Below are positions 48,380 through 63,364 of a DNA stretch of 64,000 nucleotides, one piece after another (within the stretch, counting starts at the first letter, position 1; each line of letters begins with the position of its first letter). The notes under the pieces were generated by a model. The model made no database searches, had not been told where the DNA came from, and saw nothing but the letters and a program-made list of their open reading frames with translations. Made by a program: the position numbers and the translations under genes. Source of the DNA: Candidatus Amphirhobacter sp. (lineage in GTDB: Bacteria > Pseudomonadota > Gammaproteobacteria > Tethybacterales > Tethybacteraceae); contig OZ244940.1 in assembly GCA_965222035.1 (NCBI GenBank), forward strand, positions 899,015-963,014, in the 5' to 3' direction.

Positions 48380-49747
48380 CTAGGCCTCGACCGGCGGCAG
48401 GCCCTCAAGCGCCTTGGCCATGGCCGCCGGATCGGCGGCCTCGTTGCTGAGCGAGCCTGAGGCGTAGTCCATGTACGCCTGCATGTCGAAATGGCCATGG
48501 CCGCAGAGATTGAACAAGATCGTCTGGGACTTGCCCTCCTTCTTGCAGCGCTCGGCCTCCTCCAGCACGCAAGCGACCGCATGGTTGGCCTCCGGCGCCG
48601 GCAGAATGCCCTCGGCGCGCGCGAAGATCGCACCCGCCTCAAAACAGCGCAGCTGCTTGTACGACCGCGCCGCGATGCGCTCTTCCGCCACCAATTGACT
48701 CACCAGCGGCGCCATGCCGTGGTACCGCAAGCCGCCCGCATGAAAACCCGGCGGGACAAAACCCGCGCCCAGCGTATGCATCTTCACTAGCGGCGTCATC
48801 TGACCCGTGTCGCCGAAGTCGTAGGCGTACTTGCCGCGCGTCAAGGTCGGACAGTTGTCCGGCTCCGCCGCGATGAACTCGCAGTCGATCTCGCCGCGCA
48901 GCTTCGCCCCCAGGAAGGGAAATGCCAGGCCCGCGAAGTTGCTGCCGCCGCCGGTGCAGCCGATCACCAAGTCCGGCTGCGCGTCCGCCAGGCGCAGCTG
49001 CGCCATCGCTTCTTGGCCCACCACCGTCTGATGCAGCAAGACATGATTGAGCACGCTGCCCAGCGCATACTTGGTGTCGTCGCTGCTCGCCGCGCGCTCG
49101 ACCGCCTCGGAGATCGCGATCCCCAAGCTGCCGGTGCAGTCCGGATCGTCCGCCAGGATCTTGCGGCCCGCGTTGGTCTGGTCCGAAGGACTCGCGATGC
49201 AAGTCGCGCCGAAGGACTCCATGAAAGCCCGCCGATAGGGCTTCTGCCCGTAACTGACCTTCACCATGTACACCTCGACCTCCAGCCCGAACAACGAACC
49301 CGCCAGCGCCAGCGACGAGCCCCACTGGCCCGCGCCGGTCTCCGTCGTCAGGCGCTTGACGCCCTCCTCCTTGGCGTAATACGCCTGCGCGATCGCCGTG
49401 TTCGGCTTGTGGCTGCCCGCCGGGCTCACGCCCTCGTACTTGTAGAAGATCTTCGCCGGCGTGTCCAGCGCCTGCTCCAGCCGCCGCGCGCGATACAGCG
49501 GCGACGGGCGCCACTGCCGGTAGATCTCACGCACCGGCTCCGGAATCGGGACCTCGCGGTCCTGGCTGACCTCCTGCATGATGATCGCCATCGGGAACAA
49601 CGGCGCCAGGTCGTCCGGGCCCACCGGGTCCATGCGCCCCGGATGGATGACCGGCGGCGGCTTGACCGGCATGTCGGCCACGATGTTGTACCAGTGGCTC
49701 GGCAGCTGGTCCTCCGCTAGCAGGTATTTGACTTGTTCTTCGCTCAT
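48380..49747 (-). CDS. trpB: tryptophan synthase beta chain-like protein, TrpB2 type
   Basis: PLP-dependent TrpB fold with long N-terminal extension typical of TrpB2 (about 455 aa); start MSEEQVKYLL at 49747 preferred over the track start. Confidence 0.8.
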   Translation of the reverse strand: MSEEQVKYLLAEDQLPSHWYNIVADMPVKPPPVIHPGRMDPVGPDDLAPLFPMAIIMQEVSQDREVPIPEPVREIYRQWRPSPLYRARRLEQALDTPAKIFYKYEGVSPAGSHKPNTAIAQAYYAKEEGVKRLTTETGAGQWGSSLALAGSLFGLEVEVYMVKVSYGQKPYRRAFMESFGATCIASPSDQTNAGRKILADDPDCTGSLGIAISEAVERAASSDDTKYALGSVLNHVLLHQTVVGQEAMAQLRLADAQPDLVIGCTGGGSNFAGLAFPFLGAKLRGEIDCEFIAAEPDNCPTLTRGKYAYDFGDTGQMTPLVKMHTLGAGFVPPGFHAGGLRYHGMAPLVSQLVAEERIAARSYKQLRCFEAGAIFARAEGILPAPEANHAVACVLEEAERCKKEGKSQTILFNLCGHGHFDMQAYMDYASGSLSNEAADPAAMAKALEGLPPVEA

Positions 49748-49814
49748 GATATGGATCTCCCTCTGTAGATGTGTCCTTGTCCTCGCGCCCTTGCTCACGC
49801 CGCCGGGCCAGCGG

Positions 49815-49887
49815 TGCTGCAGGAGGGACTCGAACCCCCGACCTGCTATTTACGAAACAGCTGCTCTACCAGCTGAGCTACTGCAGC
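49815..49887 (-). tRNA. tRNA-Thr (anticodon CGT)
   Basis: GCTGCAGTAGCTCAGCTGGTAGAGCAGCTGTTTCGTAAATAGC..GGTTCGAGTCC..CTGCAGCA; acceptor stem 7/7 paired. Confidence 0.8.
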
Positions 49888-49916
49888 ACAGGGATGCAAT
49901 TTTAGTTGCAAAGCCA

Positions 49917-50780
49917 CTAGTGCATGCTCATGTAGACGCCGCGCCGCCGCCGCGCCGTCAATACCACCATGACCACCGCCAGCGCCAGCGTGGTCAATAG
50001 CAGCGCGGAGATGTCGCCGGTCCCATCCGCCAGCGCATGCCCCAGGTGCACCCGCCAGATCGAGGCGAAGACGCCATGCTGGTACCACGCCAGGGCCTCC
50101 AGGACCGGATTGTCCGTGACCGCCGCCGTTTCAATCCGCTCCAGCACGACCAGCAACGCCATCAACACCCACCACACCCACGGCCGCAGCAGCAGCGCGC
50201 AGAACGCCAGGACCGAAGCCAAGCCCAGGCTGACCGTGAAGATCAAGGCGCCGCGGCCGATCATGCCCAGCCAGTCCCGCAGGTTGGCTACGACGATCGT
50301 GGCGAAGCCCTTGTCGCCGAAGATGAAGTACTCGAAGACCGAGAACAGCAGCCCGTAAACCAGCAGCGGCAGCGCCGCCAGCACGAAGAACACCAGCGCG
50401 CCCAGCATCTGGCCGACGAGCCACATGCTGTCCGCCACCGGCATGTTGTGCCAGAACAGAATGCTGCGGTCCTTCATGTTGTAATGGTCCATGCATGCGC
50501 AGCTGTAGAAGACGATGCCTCCGAACACAAACAGATAGAAGAAGTGGAAGTACGTCAGATGCACCGCCGGATACTGCGCCAGGGAACCCCCGAACAACAG
50601 TTTGTACGGCGCGCCCCGCGGCTCAAAGCCGAAAAAGCACAAGAGCAGGAACAACACCCCGGCCACGACGAGGATGATGGCCGCATAACGCAGCCGCCAC
50701 AGCAAGGTGGTGAGCGTGATGAGCAGGACCGCCTGCAGCTGGACGCGGATGCTGTGGAAAACTCCCGTCATCTGCGCCAC
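49917..50780 (-). CDS. ABC-2-type-like polytopic membrane protein (putative permease partner)
   Basis: 6-7 TM, overlaps upstream ATPase-like gene stop; family assignment tentative. Confidence 0.45.
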   Translation of the reverse strand: MAQMTGVFHSIRVQLQAVLLITLTTLLWRLRYAAIILVVAGVLFLLLCFFGFEPRGAPYKLLFGGSLAQYPAVHLTYFHFFYLFVFGGIVFYSCACMDHYNMKDRSILFWHNMPVADSMWLVGQMLGALVFFVLAALPLLVYGLLFSVFEYFIFGDKGFATIVVANLRDWLGMIGRGALIFTVSLGLASVLAFCALLLRPWVWWVLMALLVVLERIETAAVTDNPVLEALAWYQHGVFASIWRVHLGHALADGTGDISALLLTTLALAVVMVVLTARRRRGVYMSMH

Positions 50781-51754
50781 CTACCCGCTAGGCGGGCGGG
50801 GGGGGGGGTGCGGGAGACTCCTTTGCTCGATGCCTGCGTGAACAACTGGGAGAACAGGCTCATGGTGGCCGGGCGCATGTTCATCCCCGTTTCCTGCAGC
50901 TCCTCTGCGGAGTGCTGGCGCTTGTCGAACAGCATGTGCGACCGCTGGGAGCCGCCGCCGCTGGTGTAGAGCGGCTTCAGGGTCGAAGCATCAAGCGCCA
51001 TGGCGCCGCCCCCTTCGAGAATGACATAATGCTCGGTCAGGTCTTCCCGGGACTCGTACAGGACCTTGCGGCCCTGCTCCAGCACCAGCACATGGGTCAG
51101 CACGCTCTCGATGTCATGCAGCCGCTCGGGCACGATGATCGCGCTGTTGCCCAGCTCCATGTAATGCTTGAGGTCCTGGGTGTTGAATTTATGGAGGTAC
51201 TCCCGCTCGGGCGGCGGCGCGAGCTCGTCGAGGATGATCAGATGCGTGTTCGAAGCCAGGGTCATCACCATCCGCAGATAGGACATCTGGCTCTCGGACA
51301 ATTCAGACAGGTGATGGTCGACGTCGATGTCGTGGGATTCCAGCACATACAGGAAATAATCGCGGTTGAACCGCGGATAGAACTGCTTCATCACCAATGC
51401 GAGAAAGCGTGGCGACGACCACGCCGGCCGCGAAGACAGCGAGGTGATGACCGATGCGTCCCGCGCCACCAGGTGCCGCTCGGTCCAGGGATTGCGGCCC
51501 GCCAGCGACAGGTAGCTGCCGCGCGCCGGCTTGAGATCGCCGCGCAGCAGGTGGCAGAACGTGGTCCGGCCCGATCCTTGCCGGCCCATCAACGCCACCA
51601 TCGAGCCCTGCTCGATCTCGAGGTTGATGTCGTGCAAGTCGTATTCGTTGTCGCTGCCATGGTGCTTGAAACTCAAATGCTTGGCGCTCAGCAGCGGCAG
51701 ATGCTCGAGCTGCAAAGCAGGCATCTTCTCTTGGCGGTATTCCAGGACGCTCAT
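50768..51754 (-). CDS. ABC-transporter ATPase-like protein with degenerate motifs
   Basis: Walker [10 protein letters not shown] (K->R), signature LSESQ, Walker B LIILDE, H-loop position lacks His; ATGA-coupled to gltD stop; the track N-terminal 101 aa over-extension is rejected. Confidence 0.6.
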   Translation of the reverse strand: MSVLEYRQEKMPALQLEHLPLLSAKHLSFKHHGSDNEYDLHDINLEIEQGSMVALMGRQGSGRTTFCHLLRGDLKPARGSYLSLAGRNPWTERHLVARDASVITSLSSRPAWSSPRFLALVMKQFYPRFNRDYFLYVLESHDIDVDHHLSELSESQMSYLRMVMTLASNTHLIILDELAPPPEREYLHKFNTQDLKHYMELGNSAIIVPERLHDIESVLTHVLVLEQGRKVLYESREDLTEHYVILEGGGAMALDASTLKPLYTSGGGSQRSHMLFDKRQHSAEELQETGMNMRPATMSLFSQLFTQASSKGVSRTPPPARLAGRWRR

Positions 51755-53166
51755 GCTTGCTCCCGCAGGTCGGCGTCGATCGCTTCCGCGCACATGCGGC
51801 CCTCGCGAATGGCCCAGACCACCAGCGACTGCCCGCGCCGCATGTCGCCGGCCGCGTAGACCCCGGGCGCCGAAGTACGGAACGCGCCGAAATCCGCCTT
51901 GACGTTGCCGCGCTGGTCCAGCTCCAGCTTGAGCTCGGCCACCGGACCGTCGTGCCGCGGGTGCACATAACCCATCGCCAGCAGCACCAGGTCGGCCGCG
52001 AAACGCAGCTCCTCTCCCGTCTGCTCCATCTGCATGCGGCCGTTGTCCTTGCGCCATTGCACCCGGCGCGCATACAGCGCCTCAACCTTGTCCTTGCCCT
52101 CGAGGCGGGTGGTCGCGATGCTCCAGTCGCGCGCGCAGCCCTCGTCGTGCGAGGTCGAAGTGCGCAGCTTGAGCGGCCAGTCCGGCCAGGTCAGCAGCTT
52201 GTCCTCGGCCTCCGGCGGCTGGGGCAGCAATTCAAACTGGGTGATCGACTTGGCGCCCTGCCGGTTCGAGGTGCCGATGCAGTCCGAGCCAGTGTCGCCG
52301 CCGCCGATGACGATCACGTCCTTGCCCGCAGCGGTCAACTCGGGGACGTCGGCGTCGCCCGCTACCCGGCGGTTCTGCAGCGGCAGGAAATCCATCGCGA
52401 AATGCGCGCCCGCCAGCTCGCGGCCCTCGACCTCCAAATCGCGCGGGTGCTCGCAGCCGCCGCAGAGCGCGACCGCCGCATGCCGCTCGCGCAGCTCAGC
52501 CATGCTGATGTCCACGCCGATATGGCTGTTCGGCTTGAACGCCACCCCTTCGGCCTCAAGCTGTTCCAGCCGGCGATCGATCCAGCGCTTCTCCAGCTTG
52601 AAATCGGGTATGCCGTAGCGCAGCAGCCCGCCTAAGCGGTCGTTCTTCTCGTAAAGCGTTACTTGATGTCCCGCCCGCGCCAGCTGCTGGGCGCACGCCA
52701 GGCCCGAAGGACCCGAACCCACCACCGCGACGCTCTTGCCCGTTTGCTGCGCCGGCGGCTGCGGCTGTGCCCAGCCCTCGGCGAAGGCGCGCTCGACGAT
52801 CGCCAGCTCCAGCGACTTGATCGTGACCGGATCGTCGTTGAAATTCAACGTGCATGAGGCCTCGCACGGCGCCGGACAGATGCGGCCGGTGAACTCAGGG
52901 AAATTGTTGGTCGCCGCCAAGGCCCGGTAGGCCTCGCGCCAATCGCCCTGGTAGACCAGGTCGTTCCAGTCCGGAATAACGTTGCTAACCGGACAGCCTT
53001 CCTGGCAGTAGGGAATGCCGCAGTCCATGCAGCGCGCGCCCTGCTCGCGCAGTTGGCCTTCAGCTGGTACCAGCATGAACTCCCGGTAGTGCTTGAGCCG
53101 CTCCGGCGGCGGCGCATACTCGTCCCGCCGACGCTCGATCTCGAGAAAACCTGTTGTCTTGCCCAT
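51751..53166 (-). CDS. gltD: glutamate synthase (NADPH) small subunit
   Basis: Fe-S cysteine cluster region, FAD/NAD(P) Rossmann motifs [12 protein letters not shown] and IVIGGGDTG. Confidence 0.9.
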   Translation of the reverse strand: MGKTTGFLEIERRRDEYAPPPERLKHYREFMLVPAEGQLREQGARCMDCGIPYCQEGCPVSNVIPDWNDLVYQGDWREAYRALAATNNFPEFTGRICPAPCEASCTLNFNDDPVTIKSLELAIVERAFAEGWAQPQPPAQQTGKSVAVVGSGPSGLACAQQLARAGHQVTLYEKNDRLGGLLRYGIPDFKLEKRWIDRRLEQLEAEGVAFKPNSHIGVDISMAELRERHAAVALCGGCEHPRDLEVEGRELAGAHFAMDFLPLQNRRVAGDADVPELTAAGKDVIVIGGGDTGSDCIGTSNRQGAKSITQFELLPQPPEAEDKLLTWPDWPLKLRTSTSHDEGCARDWSIATTRLEGKDKVEALYARRVQWRKDNGRMQMEQTGEELRFAADLVLLAMGYVHPRHDGPVAELKLELDQRGNVKADFGAFRTSAPGVYAAGDMRRGQSLVVWAIREGRMCAEAIDADLREQA

Positions 53167-53178
53167 CGCCTTGCCCCG

Positions 53179-57738
<4,560 letters not shown>

Positions 57739-57983
57739 ATCGCCTAGTTGAATCGGTTATTTTAACCAATTAATGGCGGAGGCAGGATGCGGAGCTGCCG
57801 CCCTCCTCTACAAACCTAAGGAAGCTTAGTAAATGACCAGGATGATGTGGCTGCTAGGTTCCGTATGGAGATTTGTGGTTGCTGGCATATGTTCTGGACA
57901 GCAGACTCTTTAGCACCTTTTGCGCTTGCATGGGCTGGGAACAGGCCTCCTTGATGGCCAGGCATCTAGGCTACGGAGCGATG

Positions 57984-58667
57984 CTAACTCTGCGGCTTGT
58001 CCTTTCCCCCTTGATGATCGTCGAGGTATTTACGAGCTTTGTTGATATAGGACTTGCCGTTGCGGAACTGCCCTAGGCCGGTATTGCAGCTTTCGCAGAT
58101 GAAGTCGCGGAAATCGCCGCTCTTATGATCATGGTCGCGGACGGCACGGGATGTCACCTGTGCAATGAAACCTTGCCCGCACAGCGGGCAGGCAAAAATA
58201 GAACCTGGCTTGGGCCGGCGATGCTCAGCCGCCTTGGCTTGTTCACGATTTAACGGCTGGCCCCGGCGCTCTTTGCGGCACTTCTTGCAGCTAGCGCGCC
58301 GCACTACACCAGTCTTGTTGTAGCGATCGCATGCGAATTCACTGACTGGCAACAGGCAGTGACAGTGTTTGCAGATTTTTTGGCTGTGAGCGTCTCCGGT
58401 GGCATGCAGGCCGAACGACTCCACCTCCCGATACGGCACCAGCCACCGCCTGCCATCTACCAGGTGAATTTGAAAGCTACCGAGGTCGCGTACGAAGTAT
58501 TCGAGAATGCCTACGGCGTTGCGGTCGAAGCCTTTATTGTCCTGCTTCGGCTGACTGTTGTCGTCGAGTACCAGCCCCTTGCCGGCGAAGCAAAACACCC
58601 ACGGAACGTGGAGTTCGTTGTTCAGAACCTCGCTGGATTCGCTCAAGTCGCAGCCAGAATGGGACAA
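57984..58667 (-). CDS. recombination endonuclease VII (phage T4 gp49-like) domain protein with extra N-terminal region and CxxC zinc ribbon
   Basis: C-terminal CPLCG...RDHDHKSGDFRDFICESCNTGLG matches Endo VII H-N-H-like core; no in-frame ATG (TTG start at 58667, uncertain); about 55% GC. Confidence 0.6.
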   Translation of the reverse strand: MSHSGCDLSESSEVLNNELHVPWVFCFAGKGLVLDDNSQPKQDNKGFDRNAVGILEYFVRDLGSFQIHLVDGRRWLVPYREVESFGLHATGDAHSQKICKHCHCLLPVSEFACDRYNKTGVVRRASCKKCRKERRGQPLNREQAKAAEHRRPKPGSIFACPLCGQGFIAQVTSRAVRDHDHKSGDFRDFICESCNTGLGQFRNGKSYINKARKYLDDHQGGKDKPQS

Positions 58668-58679
58668 GGCACAGGAATG

Positions 58680-59090
58680 TTAGATGATCTTGATGGTGTG
58701 AACCTCGCCGTCGTCGTCGGTGTAACCGAGGACGCTCATTTTGCCGCAGGTCGCGCGGCTGGGAGGTTTGTCGGTCTTGTTCTCCTTCATCCAGCCGCGT
58801 ACGTGCCGCTCCCATTCCTCTGCCGGTATGGGATCGAAGGGTTCGTACGGACGGTTGTACTCATCTTCCTCGGTCCATTCAGGCGTGGTCCAGGCGAGCA
58901 GCAGCTTATGCAGGGCCTCCAACTGATACTGCTGCTCGGCGATGGCAGCCGCCAACTTCTCGACCTGGACCATCACGTCGGTCTGGGTGGGAGGAAGGGG
59001 GGCAGGCTCCGCTGGAGCATCCGCCTTCTTGCCCTTGGCAGATTTAGGATTGGATTTGGGCTTGGCCCGTGTGGTCGGTGAAGACGCCAT
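58680..59090 (-). CDS. small basic protein, paralog 1 of tandem family (Lys/Pro/Ala-rich N-tail, coiled coil, conserved C-terminal EEW..RGWMK..DG module)
   Basis: ATG 59090 lies 8 nt downstream of a TATAAT; most diverged of the three. Confidence 0.5.
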   Translation of the reverse strand: MASSPTTRAKPKSNPKSAKGKKADAPAEPAPLPPTQTDVMVQVEKLAAAIAEQQYQLEALHKLLLAWTTPEWTEEDEYNRPYEPFDPIPAEEWERHVRGWMKENKTDKPPSRATCGKMSVLGYTDDDGEVHTIKII

Positions 59091-59119
59091 TGCGACCAAT
59101 TATACCTTATGCATACTGC

Positions 59120-59551
59120 TCACAGGTCAACTGGAATAACCCATTCCTTGCCGTCCTCGTCGATATACCTGATGTCGCGGTCGCGAGCACAGCCAGGCTC
59201 GCGGGCCGGAGGCTCGGTGGTCTCGTGGTCCTTCATCCAGCCACGCAGGTGCTTCGCCCATTCTTCCGGCGTCATCCCGACGGAGGGTTCATAGGGCATG
59301 AAATTATATGCCTCATTTTCCCGCTTCGAATACTCCCGCTCGGTCCAGAAAGCCACTAGATGGCGAATGTAAGCGAGTTGTTTGTGCTGCGTCGCAATCG
59401 TCGCGCGCAGCTGCTCCACTAATTGCAGCGCCTCGGCCCTGGTCGGCAGGTTGGGCTCGGGCGCCGGCTTGGGCTGAGCCTGCTTGCGCTTGGCGGGCTT
59501 GGTCCCGGATTTAGTCCGGGGCTTAGACCGCGCAATCGAGGGAGTAGCCAT
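59120..59551 (-). CDS. small basic protein, paralog 2
   Basis: ATG 59551 8 nt downstream of TATAAT (59560-59565); about 85% identical to paralog 3 over the C-terminal 100 aa. Confidence 0.5.
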   Translation of the reverse strand: MATPSIARSKPRTKSGTKPAKRKQAQPKPAPEPNLPTRAEALQLVEQLRATIATQHKQLAYIRHLVAFWTEREYSKRENEAYNFMPYEPSVGMTPEEWAKHLRGWMKDHETTEPPAREPGCARDRDIRYIDEDGKEWVIPVDL

Positions 59552-59580
59552 TGCGACCAATTATACCTTATGCGGGCCGC

Positions 59581-59982
59581 TCAGTCGCAAACCGGAATAA
59601 CCCATTCCTTGCCGTCCTCATCGACATACCTGATGCGGCGGTCGCGAGCACAGCCAGGCTCGCGGGCCGGAGGCTTAGTGGTTTGGTGGTACTTCATCCA
59701 GCCGCGCAGGTGCTTGGCCCATTCCTCCGGCGTCAACCCGCCGAAGGGCTCATAGGGCATGAAGCTGTATGCCTCATTTTCCCGCTTCGAATACTCTCGC
59801 TCGGTCCAGAAAGCCACTAGATGGCGAATGTAAGCGAGTTGTTTGTGCTGCGCCGCAATCGTCGCTCGCAGCTGCTCCACCAACTGCAGCGCCTCGGCCC
59901 TGGTCGGCAGGTTGGGATCGGGAGGCGGCTTGGGCTGCGCCTGCTTGCGCTTGGGCTTTTTCTGCTGAGCAGCCGGAGACAT
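59581..59982 (-). CDS. small basic protein, paralog 3
   Basis: ATG 8 nt after ALDH stop; [14 protein letters not shown]-tail. Confidence 0.5.
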   Translation of the reverse strand: MSPAAQQKKPKRKQAQPKPPPDPNLPTRAEALQLVEQLRATIAAQHKQLAYIRHLVAFWTEREYSKRENEAYSFMPYEPFGGLTPEEWAKHLRGWMKYHQTTKPPAREPGCARDRRIRYVDEDGKEWVIPVCD

Positions 59983-59989
59983 GGCTTGC

Positions 59990-61420
59990 TCAGGCCGCCG
60001 GCGGTACCCCGTGGAAGACGATCGTCTTCTCCTCGGTCATTTCCAGGCAAGTCGAACGCATGCCCTCCTTGCCGATGCCGCTGCCCTTGAGGCCGCCGTA
60101 GGGCATGAAATCAGCGCGCCACTGGGTCGACCAGTTGATGTGGACGTTGCCCGATTCGCAATCGCGCGCGAAGCGCAGGGCGCTGGCGTAGTCCCGGGTG
60201 TGGACCGAGGCGCTGAGGCCGTAGTCCGAATCGTTGGCGAGCGCCAGGGCCTCGTCGATGTTGGACGCCGGCGTCGCCGCCACCACCGGGCCGAAGACCT
60301 CGCCGCACATCACCTTCATGTCGGGCTTGGCGTCGGCGAGGATGGTCGGGGCGTAGACGCTGCGGTCGCGGCTGCCGCCGGTCACCACCCGGGCGCCGGC
60401 CGCCTGGGCCTCGTCGACCCAGGCCTCGACGCGCTCGGCCTCCTTCTCCTCGATCATCGCCGCGAGCTTGGTGCCCTCCTCCTTGGGCGAGCCCACCTTG
60501 ATCTTCTCGACCTCGGCCTTGGCCGCGTCGAGGAAATCGCCGTAGATGGAGCGGTCGACGATGGCGCGCTGCAGCGAGATGCACACCTGCCCGGCGTTGG
60601 CGTAGCCGCCGTAGGCGACGTGCGCGGCCACCTGCTCCAGGTCCGCGTCCGGCAGCACCACCATGGGGCTGTTCGAGCCCAGCTCGAGCGACAGCTTCTT
60701 GAGGCCGGCGACGTTCGCGAGCCGCTGCCCGACTTCCATGCTGCCGGTGAAGCTGATCTTGCGCGGGCGCGGGTCGGATGCGAGCGCCTCGCCGATTTTC
60801 GCGCCGGAGCCGGTGATCACCTGCAGCTGGTCGCCGTCGTAGCCCGCCTCATGGAACAGCTCGGTGAGCATGATGGCCGACAGCGGCGTGACCGAGGCCG
60901 GCTTGAGGATGACCGCGTTGCCAGTCGTCAGCGCCGGCGCGACCTTGTGCAGCGCGAGCATCAGCGGGAAGTTGAACGGCGTGATCGCGACGACGATGCC
61001 GCAGGGTACCCGCATGGTCATGCCGATCTTGCCGGCGCCGTTCGGGGCCGCCTCCAGCGGCAGCTGCTCGCCGCGGACCATCGCGCCCTCGAAGGCGCTG
61101 AGGCGAATGATCTCGACCGAGCGGGAGGCCTCGGTGCGGGCCTCGGCGAGCGGCTTGCCGTTCTCGGCGGTGATCGCCTCGGCGAAGTCCTCGACGCGCT
61201 CTTGCAGCAATTCGGCCGCCTTGAGGGTCGCGAGATAGCGCTTGTGCGCGCCCATCTGGCGCTGCTGGACCACGCCCTTGGCGGCGGCGGCGAGGGCGCG
61301 CTCGGCGTCTTTAGGCTCGGCGGCGGGGACCTCGTCGAAGACCTCGCCATCATAAGGATGGGCGACCGCCAGGGCTTGGTTGCCCTCCTGCCATTTGCCG
61401 GCGATGTAGTTCTTGCGCAT
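59990..61420 (-). CDS. NAD(P)-dependent aldehyde dehydrogenase
   Basis: ALDH family full-length (476 aa), catalytic Cys region GQVCIS, Glu motif LELGSNSP. Confidence 0.85.
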   Translation of the reverse strand: MRKNYIAGKWQEGNQALAVAHPYDGEVFDEVPAAEPKDAERALAAAAKGVVQQRQMGAHKRYLATLKAAELLQERVEDFAEAITAENGKPLAEARTEASRSVEIIRLSAFEGAMVRGEQLPLEAAPNGAGKIGMTMRVPCGIVVAITPFNFPLMLALHKVAPALTTGNAVILKPASVTPLSAIMLTELFHEAGYDGDQLQVITGSGAKIGEALASDPRPRKISFTGSMEVGQRLANVAGLKKLSLELGSNSPMVVLPDADLEQVAAHVAYGGYANAGQVCISLQRAIVDRSIYGDFLDAAKAEVEKIKVGSPKEEGTKLAAMIEEKEAERVEAWVDEAQAAGARVVTGGSRDRSVYAPTILADAKPDMKVMCGEVFGPVVAATPASNIDEALALANDSDYGLSASVHTRDYASALRFARDCESGNVHINWSTQWRADFMPYGGLKGSGIGKEGMRSTCLEMTEEKTIVFHGVPPAA

Positions 61421-61504
61421 AGCTTGTATGTCCCAGGCATGCCAGGCTTTAGAATAACAGCCCGGCGCCTTTGCCTCCCTATTCCCATTTTAGCCTACCC
61501 GCCC

Positions 61505-62299
61505 ATGACTTCCACACCCGTCAAAGCCCTCGTATGGGGCGAGAACCACCACGAGCAGACCAGCGAAAAAGTGCGCGCCGTCTATCCCGACGGCATGCAC
61601 GCCTGCATCGCCGCGGCCCTGAGCGCCGACGCCGGCATCACCGCGACCACCGCCACTTTGCAAGAGCCCGAGCACGGCCTCACCGATGAGGCGCTGGCGG
61701 CGGCCGACGTGCTGCTGTGGTGGGGACACGCCAAGCATGGCGACGTCGACGACAAGGTCGTCGAGCGCGTCGCCGAGCACGTCTGGGCCGGCCTGGGGCT
61801 CATCGTGCTGCACTCGGCGCACTTCTCCAAGATTTTCAAGCGCCTGATGGGCACGCCATGCAACCTGCACTGGCGCGAGGCCGGCGAGCGCGAGCGCCTG
61901 TGGACCGTCAATCCCCGCCATCCGATCGCCGCGGGCATTCCGCCGCATTTCGAGCTCGCGAACGAGGAGATGTACGGCGAGCCCTTCGGCATCCCCGAGC
62001 CGCTCGAGACGGTCTTCGTCGCGTGGTTCCAAGGCGGCGAGGTGTTCCGCTCCGGGGTGACCTTCCGCCGCGGCGCCGGCAACATCTTTTATTTCCAGCC
62101 CGGCCATGAGGTCTATCCGATCTATCACGACGCGACCATCCAGCAGGTCCTGCGCAATGCGGTCCGCTGGGCCTGCAATCCGCAGCCGCGCATCGAGAAA
62201 GTGACCGACGCGCCCAACTTCCCGATCGAGCGCGCCCTTGAGAAGCTCGAGGAGCGCGGCCCGAAGCTGCACGCCAAGGGCGAAGAGGGTTTTAAATGA
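61505..62299 (+). CDS. thuA: ThuA-like (trehalose-utilisation) class-I glutamine-amidotransferase-like protein
   Basis: [18 protein letters not shown]... ThuA family; the track ORF start at 59981 is an antisense over-extension through ALDH. Confidence 0.75.
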   Translation: MTSTPVKALVWGENHHEQTSEKVRAVYPDGMHACIAAALSADAGITATTATLQEPEHGLTDEALAAADVLLWWGHAKHGDVDDKVVERVAEHVWAGLGLIVLHSAHFSKIFKRLMGTPCNLHWREAGERERLWTVNPRHPIAAGIPPHFELANEEMYGEPFGIPEPLETVFVAWFQGGEVFRSGVTFRRGAGNIFYFQPGHEVYPIYHDATIQQVLRNAVRWACNPQPRIEKVTDAPNFPIERALEKLEERGPKLHAKGEEGFK

Positions 62300-63357
62300 G
62301 CAAGCCGATGCGCGTCTTGATCGTCGGCGCCGGCAACATGGCGAACTTCCACGCCCAGAACTACCAGGCCAGCGGCGTCGAGGTGGTCGGCGCGGTCGAC
62401 GTCAAGGAGGACAATCTCGCGCAGTTCTGCGAGCGCCACAAGGTCGGCAAGAGCTTCGGCTCGGTCGAGGACGCGATGCAGTGGGGCGAGTTCGACAGCG
62501 CCTCGGTGGTCACGCCCGATCCCATGCACAAGGACGCGAGCATCGCGCTGCTCGGCGCGGGCAAGCACGTGCTGTGCGAGAAGCCGCTGGCGCCCAACCA
62601 TGCGGACGCGCGCGCCATGGCGGACGCGGCCAAGGCGGCGGGCACGGTGGCGATGGTGCACATGACCTACCGGCAGTCGGCTGCGCTCAACGCAGCCCAT
62701 GCCCTGGTGCGCGATGGCAAGCTGGGCACGCTGCGGCACGTCCAGGCGGAGTACCGCCAGAGCTGGCTGGCGCAGGACAGCTGGGGCGACTGGCGCAGCA
62801 TGGACACCTGGCTGTGGCGCCTGTCCTCCCAGCATGGATCCCTGGGCGTGCTCGGAGACGTCGGCGTGCACCTGCTGGACTTCGCGTGCTTCGCGGCCGA
62901 CGCGCGCATCGCTGACGTACGCTGCTTGCTGCGCGCCTTCCACAAGGCGGACAACGACCGCATCGGCGAGTACGACCTGGACGCCAACGATTCAGCGGTG
63001 ATCACGGCGAGCTTGGACAACGGCGCGATCGCGGTGCTGCAGGCGAGCCGTTGGATGACGGGCTACATCAACGAGCTGCATCTGCAGCTGTTCGGCGACG
63101 AGGGCGCGCTGGAAGTAACGCACAGCCACGATGAGGACGTGCTGCGGACCTGCCTGGGCACGGCCGACCTCAAGGCGGGCAAGTGGGAGAACGCGCAGCC
63201 TGAGCCCCAGCCGAAGACCATCGAGCGCTTCATCGCGGCGGTACGCGACGGCGGCCCGCGCGATCCGGATTTCGAGCGCGGCTGCGAGCTGCAGCAGGCG
63301 ATTGACCTGGCGTTCGCGGCCGACCGCGACGGCGGCGTCCACGCCACGGCTGGCTAG
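62296..63357 (+). CDS. Gfo/Idh/MocA-family oxidoreductase (ThuB-like partner)
   Basis: [17 protein letters not shown]-terminal Rossmann; ATGA coupled to thuA-like gene. Confidence 0.75.
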   Translation: MSKPMRVLIVGAGNMANFHAQNYQASGVEVVGAVDVKEDNLAQFCERHKVGKSFGSVEDAMQWGEFDSASVVTPDPMHKDASIALLGAGKHVLCEKPLAPNHADARAMADAAKAAGTVAMVHMTYRQSAALNAAHALVRDGKLGTLRHVQAEYRQSWLAQDSWGDWRSMDTWLWRLSSQHGSLGVLGDVGVHLLDFACFAADARIADVRCLLRAFHKADNDRIGEYDLDANDSAVITASLDNGAIAVLQASRWMTGYINELHLQLFGDEGALEVTHSHDEDVLRTCLGTADLKAGKWENAQPEPQPKTIERFIAAVRDGGPRDPDFERGCELQQAIDLAFAADRDGGVHATAG

Positions 63358-63364
63358 CTAGTCT

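Larger units (their letters stand above)
58680..59982. repeat. tandem array of three about 461-bp gene-sized repeats
   Basis: Linker gccattgcgaccaattataccttatgc recurs at 59086 and 59547; period 461 bp. Confidence 0.8.

Noticed and set aside
50768-52057. 429-aa version of the ABC ATPase-like gene
   Set aside because: First 101 aa overlap gltD in another frame; start placed at MSVLEYRQ (51754), forming ATGA overlap with the gltD stop
59981-62299. 772-aa plus-strand ORF
   Set aside because: First 500 aa are antisense to the aldehyde dehydrogenase gene; only the C-terminal 264 aa (from ATG 61505) is the ThuA-like protein
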